DNA of 62,259 nucleotides, filler included, from Sphacelaria rigidula (taxonomy: Eukaryota), in the NCBI GenBank assembly GCA_964200075.2. It is 9 parts of 9 records of this genome, joined end to end, with 100 filler letters (N's around TTAATTAATTAA, not from the genome) between each part and the next. Parts side by side here need not be neighbours in the genome. Positions count along the whole stretch, not along the records: positions 6,931 to 13,759 come from CAXNAA020017869.1; positions 13,860 to 20,688 come from CAXNAA020017870.1; positions 20,789 to 27,617 come from CAXNAA020017871.1; 6 more parts are not named here. One strand, given 5' to 3'. The position numbers and the translations under genes were made by a program. Positions 11,920 through 22,699 of the stretch are shown here, in pieces; within the stretch, counting starts at the first letter, position 1, and every line of letters starts with the position of its first letter. The notes below the pieces were generated by a model, which was given only the letters and a program-made list of their open reading frames with translations, was not told the origin of the DNA and made no database searches.

Positions 11920-12781
11920 CGATGTCTTCGAAGGCACCCTCCTGCCTTGTGTGTCTGCGCGGTATAAAGGCTTCGTTCGACAAGAAATCGCGGACCAGGT
12001 AACATCATGAAAACCACATGCAGTGAACAAAACCTCATCGCCCGAGGTGCAATTCAGCGGCGGTGACACACACGAAGATGGCGTGATTAACCGTGCTGTA
12101 TCTGCCCCATGCTCTTGGGACCGACCGTATTGCTCTAGAATGCAACGTGCCGTGTACTCTGCTGAATTGGAGACACTCAATCACAATGGTGACGTCCGCA
12201 TTTACCCCGGTGTAGAAGTCTGAAAGGGGGAAATATCCGTTCACTTGCATAGTGAGCGGTAATCGCGGATGCATGCGCAAGACGGCGGCATATCAAGTAA
12301 CGATGAGTAAAGGCTTGGGGACACCACCACGGAATGGACGTCTATTGCAGAGACGCGATTGCTTACTTCGACTGTGTGCAGTATCGGCCATCTTCCGTGT
12401 ACTGTCATCTCAGGTTGTGTCTCATCGAGACAGATGAAATTAGTTCGCAGAAGCAGTTCGCAAACCGATCTTCACCCACAATGACCAGGTTGGAGTATGA
12501 TCGAAAAATATTATCCTCTCCGCATGCAAGCCAGATCTGGACAGAACTTCCAAGATGCAACGGTTGTTGCGCTGGCTGTTGCTCCAATAACACACTTGTA
12601 CCCGTGCAAAGGACGCGAAGAGCGAGCACAACAGCCACACAGCAAACCCCGGATGGAGTGCACAGACACGAACTACGGACGCGAACCAGCTCCAACGTTG
12701 CCGTTGCTCACGCACGCACAGCAGCGTTTGTTGGACGGATGAACAATACGGGCGGTCGGTCACACGCGTGTCATTGATAAC

Positions 12782-13142
12782 GGCACCGAGTTCATGGGTA
12801 CGGGTCGTTATAATTCAACTGAAATCGGCTATTTTTTGTTGTTTTCCATGATTCTCGAACAGAATTTATCCTGAATTTCTGTGTTGATGGACTCACGTGC
12901 GCTACTCAAGCCCGATGTAGACAGAGAGGTCAATAAGATTTAATTGTTCGGGGTTTTCTCTGTCCAAACAGGCGTGGGCTTTATTCCCCTCCGTTAGCTG
13001 GCTGAAGCCCAGAACAGTTCAGTATATCGATGATATTTTCACGTGCACCATGTCATCATCATCATTATTATTATTCTTATTCTTATTATTCTTATTATTC
13101 TTATTCTTATTCTTCTTATTCATCATCATCAATATTATTATT
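12782..13142 (+). mobile_element. Dispersed ~285-bp repeat, copy 2, with expanded CAT/TAT/TATTCT microsatellite tail
   Basis: Colinear with 1658-1942. The tail expands over 13054-13142. Confidence 0.75.
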
Positions 13143-13143
13143 A

Positions 13144-13545
13144 GCGAAAATGATCCCCCGCTCCATACTGGGATCAAGTGAGCAAAATGATCCCCCGCTC
13201 GATACTGGGATCAAGTAACCGTGTGATCCTTCTCGGAACACTAATTTACATAAAAAACCACGCGGTCAGGAGCAGCAAAAAAAGAGACCACACACAGCAG
13301 CGAGATCCGAAAACAAATAGAACAGAATGGACGCTTCAACAGCGAACCACAAACAGAGAGAGCCGAAATAAATGGAACAGAATGGACGTTTCAACAGCGA
13401 GAGCCCCCAAAGAATAGAACAGAATAGTTTACTTTCAAGACACCAAGAGAACAGACAACAAACAGCGAGACCCGAAAAAGAAAAAAATGGACGTTTCGAA
13501 GAGACCATAAGTAGCGAGAGCCGTAAAAAAATAGAACATAATAGA
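13144..13545. repeat. Tandem ~37-bp duplication followed by diverged sub-repeats
   Basis: aaaatgatcccccgctc.atactgggatcaagt x2 (13147-13217), then aa.agaacagaatggacg.ttcaacagcga-like units x3-4. Confidence 0.7.
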
Positions 13546-13949
13546 TGCCAGTCGCGTACGACAAGTTATAGCCTGCTGGTGGACATTCGTCCGTCTGTGT
13601 GGGGGGTTCGTTTCGCTGTACCGAAGCCGTGTCTTGTGCTGCGCGCGCGATATGATGCGATATGATGCGCGCGATATAAAACCGCATCATTGGTTGCGGG
13701 CGACAGTACCCCAGTGGACAACAACTCTGTTTGCAAGCAGAGGAAGCCCGACCAAGTCANNNNNNNNNNNNNNNNNNNNNNNNNNNNNNNNNNNNNNNNN
13801 NNNTTAATTAATTAANNNNNNNNNNNNNNNNNNNNNNNNNNNNNNNNNNNNNNNNNNNNGGAGTGTTCCCCCGTTCAATTTTCACTAAAACAAAGACACT
13901 TCTCCTCTGTGCTCCTTTCTGGGCCCCCTCCCCCCCCCCCCCCCCCCCA

Positions 13950-14021
13950 GTGCTCCGTCCCGGCTTTGTGGGGATGCGAGGTCAATGGTCTCATGACTGT
14001 GGCATGCATGTTCATGAGTAC
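13950..14021 (+). repeat. 72-nt conserved element between poly-C runs (family also at 30230-30301, 45372-45443, partial 6772-6830 and 27718-27758)
   Basis: GTGCTCCGTCCCGGCTTTGTGGGGATGCGAGGTCAATGGTC...CATGAGTAC aligns without gaps to the two other full copies. Confidence 0.85.
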
Positions 14022-14142
14022 CCCCCCCCCTACTTTTTTGCAGTAGGCATGATGACAACGGCACCTCTGATTTACGTCATGGGAGAAGGACAGTTCTGTC
14101 ATCCTAATGCCGTTGATATTTTTCCCTGTGTTGTTTTTGAAG

Positions 14143-14322
14143 GTTTCTGCGAACGTACCCTAAAGAGGGAGAGGCGGAGTTGATATTCGAGGGGCTCGTA
14201 AAGGCGTTGGGGCAGGGGCTGGACCCCGAGCGGATGAGGCAGGACGCGGCAGCCATTAAAGCATGGGGAGAGGGGAAGACCGAGGATGATGTCATCGCGG
14301 CAATGAAGGGGGAGGGCGACAG
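14143..14322 (+). CDS. THF1: Thylakoid formation 1 / Psb29, internal exon (first seen in this contig)
   Basis: Acceptor tttttgaag|, donor |gtgatt. FLRTYPKEGEAELIFEGLVKALGQGLDPERMRQDAAAIKAWGEGKTEDDVIAAMKGEGD(S) matches the THF1 core. The phase-2 end joins the next exon in frame (AG|C = Ser). Confidence 0.9.
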
Positions 14323-14712
14323 GTGATTTTTTTCTCGTCTACATTTCGTACAGTGTGCTTTTCTCGAGTGAACCTAGCAACTGAGGCTGCGTCTCGTTAC
14401 TGCTTTTTTGGAGCTCCTGCGTCGTTTCACATCCAAAAAAAGAGCTAGGCGGATTTTGACGCGCAGTAGAATGCCTTGCTGTTTTCACTGAGACAATTCC
14501 AGCACACACGCGCGTTTTGCCAGTGGCGGCAGTTTTTTTCTTGCTCAAACTTGCATCTCTCTCGGAGACTGTAGCTCACTTTTAGTGCGTGGAACGAAGC
14601 AGAATGGAAATCGAACATCCCAATATGGTTCGACAGAGTGTCAATTCCCGTTTCAAACACCTCATGGTCCGGAAGGATATTTGCTGATTATATAGCTTTT
14701 TTATACCACCTA

Positions 14713-15062
14713 GCCGGTCGCCCCGGTGGCTTTGTTGGAAACCTCGTGTCCTTCTGGTGGTAAGGTCGTTCATCAAATTTCGGAGCGAGCTGGGATTTTT
14801 CTCACACCATGCCCAACAATGGATGGCGACTATGTCGTGGGTACACGAAATTCGACTTAACGGTCGACGAGGGAAAGGGACTGCTGAACCCCTCTCGCGA
14901 TAAAAAATAATGGCATGCACCGCAGAGGAAAGGTGGGGGTACCAAGAACAAATGGAGAGGGAAAAAAACGTCCGTGTTGACCTTCCTCCTGTGTGACCCC
15001 GGCTGATCCCACGTATACTGAAGGGTGAAGACCAGCGCCCAGAATAGATGAGACGACAACAC
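14713..15062 (+). mobile_element. tRNA-derived SINE in THF1 intron
   Basis: Head gccggtcgccccggtggc..gttgg, body gtcgacgagggaaaggga and tgttgaccttcctcctgtgtgacccc, tail agacgacaacac. Colinear with 46161-46524 and 60709-61075. Confidence 0.85.
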
Positions 15063-16010
15063 TCCCGAGCTAAATACTCTCAATATTTTCAACTCGTGTA
15101 TCCTACACAACACACCCTGCGTATGTCAGTCGACACTGCAGAACCTGATGATGAAAACAGTATAGAACCCGAAACCTCGAGGGTAGTGGGCTAATCTACG
15201 CGAAAGCAAAGACCTATCCGAGTTATGTTGTGGGGCTGATATACAGTCACCCCGTTGCAATAGATTTTTTTGCACCCTACTCTGTTTTAATGTGTGCGTA
15301 ACATATTCCATGGTCGCAGAAACACCTCGGGAGAAAACGGGCTGGTGAATTCTGGTCGACGCTCGTGGCTACTATCACGATAATACTTGATTTTGGCGCT
15401 TTCATGTTCCAATTTTTGGAGTGAAACCACGCTATATAACTACCACTGGTTATACCAGAGTCATGCCCCTAGGACTCATTACGCTCGACGGGCTGTCAGC
15501 TATAGCCTGTTCCACGTCAAGCAATGAGGTAGCCGGCGTGACCGACCGCTGCACAACTAGACAGAAATGGAGACTCACGAGGAGTGAGTGAGAACTCAAT
15601 TCAAGCCATTAGTCTCACTTTTCTGCGCATGCTCATGATGACAGTGCACCCGCCTTTGCGAGTCCTGAAGTCCTGCGCCAGTTATCGCAAGTCAGAGTGC
15701 AGTCCATGCCTCTACACAAGGTACAGGCATACGTTTTTTCCCCAAGATGCACTTTCACCGTTGACATCTGACTTGCACACAGCTTGGTATGTGGTCGTTG
15801 TCATATCCAGCACCATCGTTGGGCACCCGAGACAGGAATATAATGATGGAAAGAAGAAGAAAATAAAGGAGGACGAAAAATTCGTTAGTTGAGATCTCTC
15901 CAATCTGGAAATGACGAATTATGGAAGAATCCCGGGACGCTTACACTTCACATCGTCTTTTTTGTCTGCCGTTGTCACGTTTCGGAACGAAAATGAATGC
16001 GCGTCTATAG

Positions 16011-16176
16011 CAACGTGGTAACGGACGGGTTCTACATCGCCCGCACGGGATTGGGACCGTTCGGGGAAGGGTGGGAAGAGAAGGGGGAGGATGTCGACTG
16101 GTTCGTCTACAACCGGATGTGGGCCGTGGGGATGTTCACGGTTATTGAATCCATCGGGGTCGAGCCAACCGAGGAG
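16011..16176 (+). CDS. THF1: THF1/Psb29 internal exon
   Basis: Acceptor gtctatag|, donor |gtgagc. NVVTDGFYIARTGLGPFGEGWEEKGEDVDWFVYNRMWAVGMFTVIESIGVEPTEE contains the F.YSR.FA.GLF-type motif. Phases are compatible on both sides. Confidence 0.9.
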
Positions 16177-17057
16177 GTGAGCGTCTCGACCAAATCGAAG
16201 ACATGAAACAACAAGAAATATGATTTTTTATTGCGAGATGTAGAGGTCTTGTTCCAGGAAGATTCGTGCATGTCGGCGCGAACGTTGGTGCCTTGTCGTG
16301 ACTTATTCACGAAAATGATTTCGCTGTGAGGATCCTGAACTACTCGAAGCGGAACGGAGGAAGTAGTACGTGTTCTTGGGTGTGTTACCATGACTTGTTT
16401 TTGACGTCATGCGCGGCGGTCGCTGAAATCCGGTCGGAAGCATATGTGTATTTCAAGCGAAGTACTCTTGAGCAGCTTGGTTCGTCCACGGACACTTCCT
16501 TCGGATAGAATGCACACACTTGTACATGAAGATTTTAGTCAACCGGTCGGAAGTGTGAGCACTTCTGTTGATCATCTGCTTGACTGAGGAAAACCGAGTA
16601 GCCGCACGTACACGGCCTCTTGCTCACGTGATGGATGCGTAACGTTTTGGGCTTGCTTTTCCAATCACGCACTCCGGCATGGTGTAAATCGCACTTGTCG
16701 CTCGATTCCGTGCCGCTCCTGATGGAGGAATCATGATCAGAAATTTAAAGAGACAAAGGGGAGTGGTACCCGCGTGGGTGCCCGATTCCATTCCCATAAG
16801 TGTAGTATTGTGTTCCTTTCAAAAAAGGAGCTGTTCTTGTACCCATGAGTCGCTGTCCTCTCGATTATTATTTTTTCGATACCAGAGGTTTTTCAGCACC
16901 CGACGGAAAGAAAGCTGTGCTTGTCGAAATAAAAGCATGACCTCGGGCGTATGCCATCGTGATGATCATTACTATTCCTATGGGGTCTTGAGTATTCGCG
17001 TCGGTACCATACTGTCGGCTGTTCCTCGTCACGTCTTTTTCCTTTTTTTCCCCCCAG

Positions 17058-17162
17058 CTGCTGGAGAAGTGGTTCGGGATCCTGAAGATTGACCCGTACC
17101 CCCTCACCAAGGACTTCAACACATACCAGGAGCAGATCAGTAAGGTGGAGCAAGCAGAACAG
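17058..17162 (+). CDS. THF1: THF1/Psb29 internal exon
   Basis: Acceptor tttttttccccccag|, donor |gtgcgt. 105 nt, LLEKWFGILKIDPYPLTKDFNTYQEQISKVEQAEQ, corresponding to the D..Y...LSKL.QA region. Confidence 0.9.
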
Positions 17163-17894
17163 GTGCGTCGAGGTTTGGCCCCTATCTTGGACGATATAGG
17201 GGGCTTGATACACCTCGTGTGTACTGTACGGCGCTGGATATGTGAATGTCGAAGACCCGGAGCCTTGGACAAAGTTGTTTTGGGAAAGGCGACGGACGGG
17301 TCAGCCCACGTGGCGTTTTAGATTTGACGTGGGAGTATTCCTCAAGAAATGTTGGTCGATCACGAATGTAAATCCCGTGGTTCTCAAACTATGTGATCGA
17401 TGTTGTACCGTTGTGAGTCTTGGCAACCGATAACTTCATGTGTGGGGAAATAATAATAAAAACTTTCAACACGAGAGATTCTTGTGTGGGTGTTGACCAC
17501 CACCAGGTGTCTTGTAGTTCCCACGTACCGTGGTTTTGAGCTGGTGCTTACCCATCACGGGATGCTTTTTTTCTTGCGTCAATGAACATCCTCGAAGGAG
17601 CTGTCTGATTTTTGGGGGTACAACCCGGTCAGAAAAGGCATGTGCTAGCCTTCAAATGCCGCACAGCATGGCGAATGACGATGACACCGTTGGTGTCTTC
17701 ACTTGTATGGCTTGTGTAGGGGCGCTCAAGCGTTTGTTCATTTTTGTTGTCCGCGCGCATGACAGTGTCATGACTGTTGAGCGGAATCGAGATCTTTTTC
17801 GATGAAGGCACTTTTCCCCAGTATATTGGTGTTTTGCATGAGCGAATTTTTCGCTATCCTCTGTCGCTGCCCTCTGTACTTTCTTCACCCACAG

Positions 17895-18080
17895 CTGTTC
17901 AAGGAAATCGAGATCCGGGAAAAGAAGCGTCTGGCAGAACGCCTCGAGTCCAAGGCCCAGGACGCCATCAGGTTGGCAGAGAGGGCAGAGAAGGACGCAC
18001 AGTTCGAAAAAGAAGAGCAGGAGCGTATCGCGAATGCGAAGGAGGGAGACGTGCTGGCGAACAATCTATCTAAGGATTAG
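17895..18080 (+). CDS. THF1: THF1/Psb29 terminal exon
   Basis: Acceptor ttcttcacccacag|. LFKEIEIREKKRLAERLESKAQDAIRLAERAEKDAQFEKEEQERIANAKEGDVLANNLSKD*, with the REKK coiled-coil C-terminus and TAG at 18078-18080. Confidence 0.92.
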   Translation: MFKEIEIREKKRLAERLESKAQDAIRLAERAEKDAQFEKEEQERIANAKEGDVLANNLSKD

Positions 18081-19504
18081 AGCAAGCACATGGATCACAT
18101 GCGCGTCGCACCCAGATTCACAGTTCTGCTTCAGTATTGGAAACAAGCCGACTGCGCTTGTGCTCCAAAAGGGGGGATACATGGCAACCCCACAGCTGAA
18201 AACGACGGAAATAACATGCACAGGGTAGAGAGAGGTAGGAATGAGGGGCAATGTGGCGTAGTTATCTGAGTCCTGGGGTAATTGTTGATGGGAATGTCTG
18301 CTGCGTGCTCTCACTAGCGTTATTTTTTTTCGCGTGAAGTGCCTTTTTCGTGCGTCACAACAAAATGTCGGTGTCCTCGGCATGTACCATTCTTAGCGTT
18401 GATATGCTCCTTTCACGTCTTGTCTGAAATATGCCGGGCAGAGGAACGCGTTGTTACTCAAACCCCCCCGTGGAAGTAGAATTCCACGTGGAGGGGAGTC
18501 GAAGAGCCCGTGCTAATGACATCTGACACGCAATCACCCTCTCTGTAAACGAGTTATTTTCCTCATGGGCTTCGCAGGGCCAAATATAGGACGCGTTATC
18601 CTGGACGCAGCCCGCAAGCAAAGCTTTTTTTTCGTTGTCGTACTACAGGATTTTGTGACATGCAACAATCCTGTGAGGGCGGTCGAAGGGATTGAATTTG
18701 CCCGAATGGGCTAGGGAACGACGGAGGGTGCGGTGAGCCTTGAAAGATACAACAGGGGTTGGGGTCTAGATTGTACGCGGAGTTCGTGTCAATGGAAGCG
18801 GTCACATTTCATGTCACACAAAGTGTTTTTATACAACGTGAGCAAGCGTTGTTTGTCAATTTTAGTAGAACGATCAAGCGTCGGCACCGGAGTGACATGC
18901 AAAGTGCTGCAACGCATGTATTCATGATTTCATCGGTGCTCGTTGGAACTGTCTTGTGAGTATGTTGTTCTTTGTCTATCTTCGTAGTGAACGAAAAACT
19001 TGAGATTGACCACGCAACGCCCGAACAATTCTTCCGACAGTACGCTGCCGTCAAGCGTTTCGCGCTCGCCGTTTCGCAGTTCCCCGCACACGACAATATC
19101 AAAAATAAATCTAGGTTGTGCTTTGTCACCAACTTGGCCACCGAGCTACCGCGGTACCTAGGACGTTGTTATCGGTATCTCAAGTTATGTGAGGTTTGTG
19201 CGAACCGGTTACCCTCAAGGACTGGCTCACCCTTACACACACACCCGGTTACTAGTATAACGGTATCTTCACAACTTGACAACCTCCATACCATACTCGA
19301 CACGTGCCGCATATTCTGTGGGACTTCCATACCGACACTCGACTGTTCGTGTATGTTTTTAGGAAATCTTATACCGGACCCTACAGAACACATACAACCT
19401 TGCTACGAAATAACAGCTTTTGTACGTGCATGTGTCGAAGTGCTGCAACGCATGTATTCACGAACCGTATGAACCTTTGCAGCAAGAACACCATCGATAC
19501 GCAG

Positions 19505-19645
19505 TAAACACTGAATTCGTGAGAATCATGACGTAGATTCAGATTCAGAGTCAGACCTGAAACAATTGACCTTCCTGTCGACATTGACATCGCCACAGTT
19601 CGAGGAGTAATGCGCCCAGCTGATGGAGTGGTGCCTTCGGTGGAA
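19505..19645 (-). repeat. Interspersed repeat shared with 55432-55570; partial inverted copy at 19910-19960
   Basis: gacatcgccacagttcgaggagtaatgcgcccagctg closely matches the reverse complement of cagctgggcgcattaatcctcgaactgtggcgatgtc. acgttctgaatctcacgaa is shared between 19928 and 55540. Confidence 0.75.
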
Positions 19646-20788
19646 ACTGTCACCTACCCGATGAATCTGTCACATCACTTGATGGTAACGACGTAGTCAG
19701 TCCATTGCAAGAAAACATCCCCTTTTTCAGAAAAAGCCGATTAATGCCTGGAACAGTTTCAGTTCCGAAATGCCCCGAAGGCGTAAAAGTGCTCTGTACA
19801 GTATCTCACCAACCAGACCGCCGAATATGGATGGGGTACGGTACAGTAGCTGTATGCACGGGACGTGCTCAAGCAAAAAAAAGTTGGCTGTTAGGAACGC
19901 CAGAACGTCCACTCTGAATTTGAGTCGACGTTCTGAATCTCACGAACATGGTGATAAAACATCTTGGACGGACGAAGGAAGGTGAAACTTTCTCGCCTCA
20001 CTGAATATTTTTCTCATCTTGACAAGGCTTTGTACGCACACTGTATGCACGTGTCACATTGTTGCTATCACTGTTGGATGTCATGACTCCAGATCATAAC
20101 ATCAACATGATCGTGACAAAACAGTAGGATGTGAATCCTCCACATTCACGATGAGTGTCGTAACCAACCGTTGAGCCTTACGAATTGAATCATTGCGGTG
20201 AAAATTATCGCACGTGAGACTGGTGGTGAGGATATTCTTGAGCTGTAAAGCTCCATTGCACCATCGCACCTAATAAAAGCTGTGACGACCTCAATAAGAG
20301 ATACTTCTTGCTTCGAGGGCGCTTCACAGTGGCGCCGGGAGACGACATTGTGACGCCGGGATAACCCCCCTGCCCCCCGAAACGGCCCCAAAACTGCCAC
20401 AAAAAGAGTGGCGACACAGCACTTGATGGAGCTGGTTGCAGACTACATGAAGCACCTCATATGGGTGACATTGATTGGTGGAAATGATCCCCAAACGCGG
20501 GAATTCCCAGCTTCTCGAGATGCTCGACTTTCATCATTTTGATTCGTATGTAGATCTTGCCCCCTCCAGCCAAAAACTTTCAACAATGTTTTAGTGAGAT
20601 TGAGAGTAGAGGGTACGATTCAGGGTGGAAAAACACGGGATCTTACAAACTGGGGATCGATCTTTTATTGAGGATGGGAATCCCGGAGNNNNNNNNNNNN
20701 NNNNNNNNNNNNNNNNNNNNNNNNNNNNNNNNTTAATTAATTAANNNNNNNNNNNNNNNNNNNNNNNNNNNNNNNNNNNNNNNNNNNN

Positions 20789-21295
20789 TACCCACACCGT
20801 GTTGCCCACCTGACTTGCTCCCACAGCAGAAGACTCTGAAACCTGCTGCTGTACAGTCTGTTCGCCCCGCCCTTCGTGTCTCCTGCTGTCCCACTACCGA
20901 GATGTCAAGTCTCGCGGCCTCGTACAAGACGCTGTAGTCTCGCCCCCATCCGTTGGCCCCTTTCACAGCTAGAGTTCTGACATTGTGAGTGGCTACCTTA
21001 ACAAGTTGACTTCGCTGTCTCACCCGGGCTACTCGTGCTGCTTTCCTAGCACGCCTCCGTCTCGCCCGGTCCCTCCTCCTCTTTTTCCTACCCTTCTTTA
21101 TTTGCTTCAATTGTATCGCGTTTTGGACTCTCTGACTACTGCTAGCCCGGTGCTAGTCTTTTTTCACAGGCAGGTGCAACTCTCCTGCTCTGTCCGACTC
21201 TACTCCTTCCTGGCTCCTGGTGTGCGTACCCACGCGATGTGCAGCCCCTCCATTCCTGTCCAGGCTGTCCCCACTGCGCTCTCCGCTGTTGCATA
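20789..21295 (-). mobile_element. Non-LTR retrotransposon (RTE-like LINE), 5' part of the APE endonuclease ORF, cut by the contig end
   Basis: VKVATHNVRTL...DISVVGQQETRRAG...GFRVFCCG...GGQHGVG matches APE motifs (xxNV, QET), preceded by an Arg/Lys-rich leader. The upstream boundary is approximate. Confidence 0.85.
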
Positions 21296-21538
21296 GCCAC
21301 CAGTATGACACGCTGAAATACCCAGTATTCGCCAGTATTTGCCAGTATCAGGCGGCACAATACCCAGTATCGCCAGTATCCGCCAGTACAGGACGGCAAA
21401 ATACCCACTATCACCAGTATTGTCTAGTACAAACCGGCGAATTACCCAGTGTCACCAGTATCCGCCGGTACAAGGCGGCAAGATACCGAGTATCGCCAGT
21501 ATCCGCCAGTGTCCGGTCGCAAAATACCCAGTATCGCC
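21296..21538. repeat. CCAGTAT-rich ~40-bp tandem repeats (resume at 22072-22215)
   Basis: Units like aatacccagtatcgccagtatccgccagtacaggacggca, ~6 here and ~3-4 after the intervening (GTT)n and MITE. Confidence 0.8.
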
Positions 21539-21591
<53 letters not shown>

Positions 21592-21598
21592 ATTGTTG
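21539..21598. repeat. (GTT)n microsatellite
   Basis: About 19 near-perfect units. Confidence 0.95.
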
Positions 21599-21602
21599 CA
21601 TG

Positions 21603-21931
21603 CACACGCGGCCATTTGGCTACCTCCAAGCTTCCTCCAGGTGGGTACACTTTTCGAGCCTCCAGAGGAATTAAACGCCTCCGGAGGGGTGCGCGGCCCC
21701 CCAGAGGAAATGTTTTGGTTCCCTCCAGAGGGGTTGAACGCCTCTGGAGGCTTATTCTCGCCTCCGGACGCGCATACCCCCAAATTCCTCCGGAGGGGTG
21801 CGCGGCCCTCCGGGTAGGTAGAGTTTGGTCTCCTCTAGAGGGATGGAAGGCCTCCGGAGGCTTGTTTTTCCCCTGGAGGGTCGCGCATCCCTCCGGCGGC
21901 CTTTTGGGGTGTAGCCTAATGGCCGCGTGTG
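21603..21931. mobile_element. CACACG-ended MITE (CMC/EnSpm-like) with 12 internal CCTCCGGAGG-type palindromes
   Basis: TIR cacacgcggccatttggctac / gtagcctaatggccgcgtgtg. TG dinucleotide on both flanks. Confidence 0.8.
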
Positions 21932-22699
21932 TGTTGTTGTCGTCGCATTGAAACTCGTTCCGAAATCTGTGCGGTACCTCCGAACTGGGCATCTGATACG
22001 GGCGCCTTCCGTGGTCACAGGCTAGCTACCTATAATAAGGTATGACGAAATAAAATGAAACAAATAAAATAAGCCAATATCCGCCAGTATAAGACGGCGA
22101 ATTACCCCGTATCGCCAGTATCCGCCAGTACAAGGCGGCGATATATTCACTATCGCCGATATCCGCCAATATCAGGCTGCAAAATACGCAATGTCACCAG
22201 TATCCACCAGTATGAGATGAGGGATTACGGGGGGCGTACAGATACGGGTCAGTACGGAAATCCATACGGCCATACTGGTACGGGTCATACGAGGAGCATC
22301 TTTGGAATATTTCAAAGGAAAAGAAAAAGATGCACCTGGCGGGAATCGAACCCATGTTCTCTTCCCCCAATTGGCAAAAAGCCTGAACACGAAACCGCGC
22401 TTTCGTCCTATACATAAATCAATTCATTTTCGGCACAGGGCATTTTCCTTTGCATGGACCTGGTTCATGCTCAATTATTGAAAGTAAATCAAGACCTGTC
22501 GGAGCACCAATTTTTGAAAGTAAGTCAGGGCCTGTCGGAGCACCTGCATGGCGATCTTTCGATCTGGCGAGAATCGACGCCATATTTTTCTCCACTCGAA
22601 TGGTGGCAGTCTGACCAGTAGCCCGCAGATTCACGCATTGTACTGTAGTTGACCCGGTATATATATTTTCGGTACGCTACCTTTCCCTTTGAATGAGCA

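Noticed and set aside
15140..15165. CTGATGA-T-GAAA resembling a hammerhead ribozyme core
   Set aside because: No room for stem II, and no convincing stems I/III or cleavage triplet.
21659..21899. CRISPR-like array of palindromic repeats
   Set aside because: Repeats are only 10 bp, spacers are 9-16 bp and partly repeated, there are no cas genes, and the array is enclosed by transposon TIRs.
21220..21992. Long ORFs with poly-V/T/L/N/C tracts
   Set aside because: These are translations of the (GTT)n microsatellite and flanking tandem repeats.
22331..22415. Possible minus-strand tRNA (GGGTTCGATTCCC T-arm followed by a T-rich run)
   Set aside because: No matching acceptor stem, D-arm or anticodon arm could be built. 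At most a decayed tRNA or SINE fragment.
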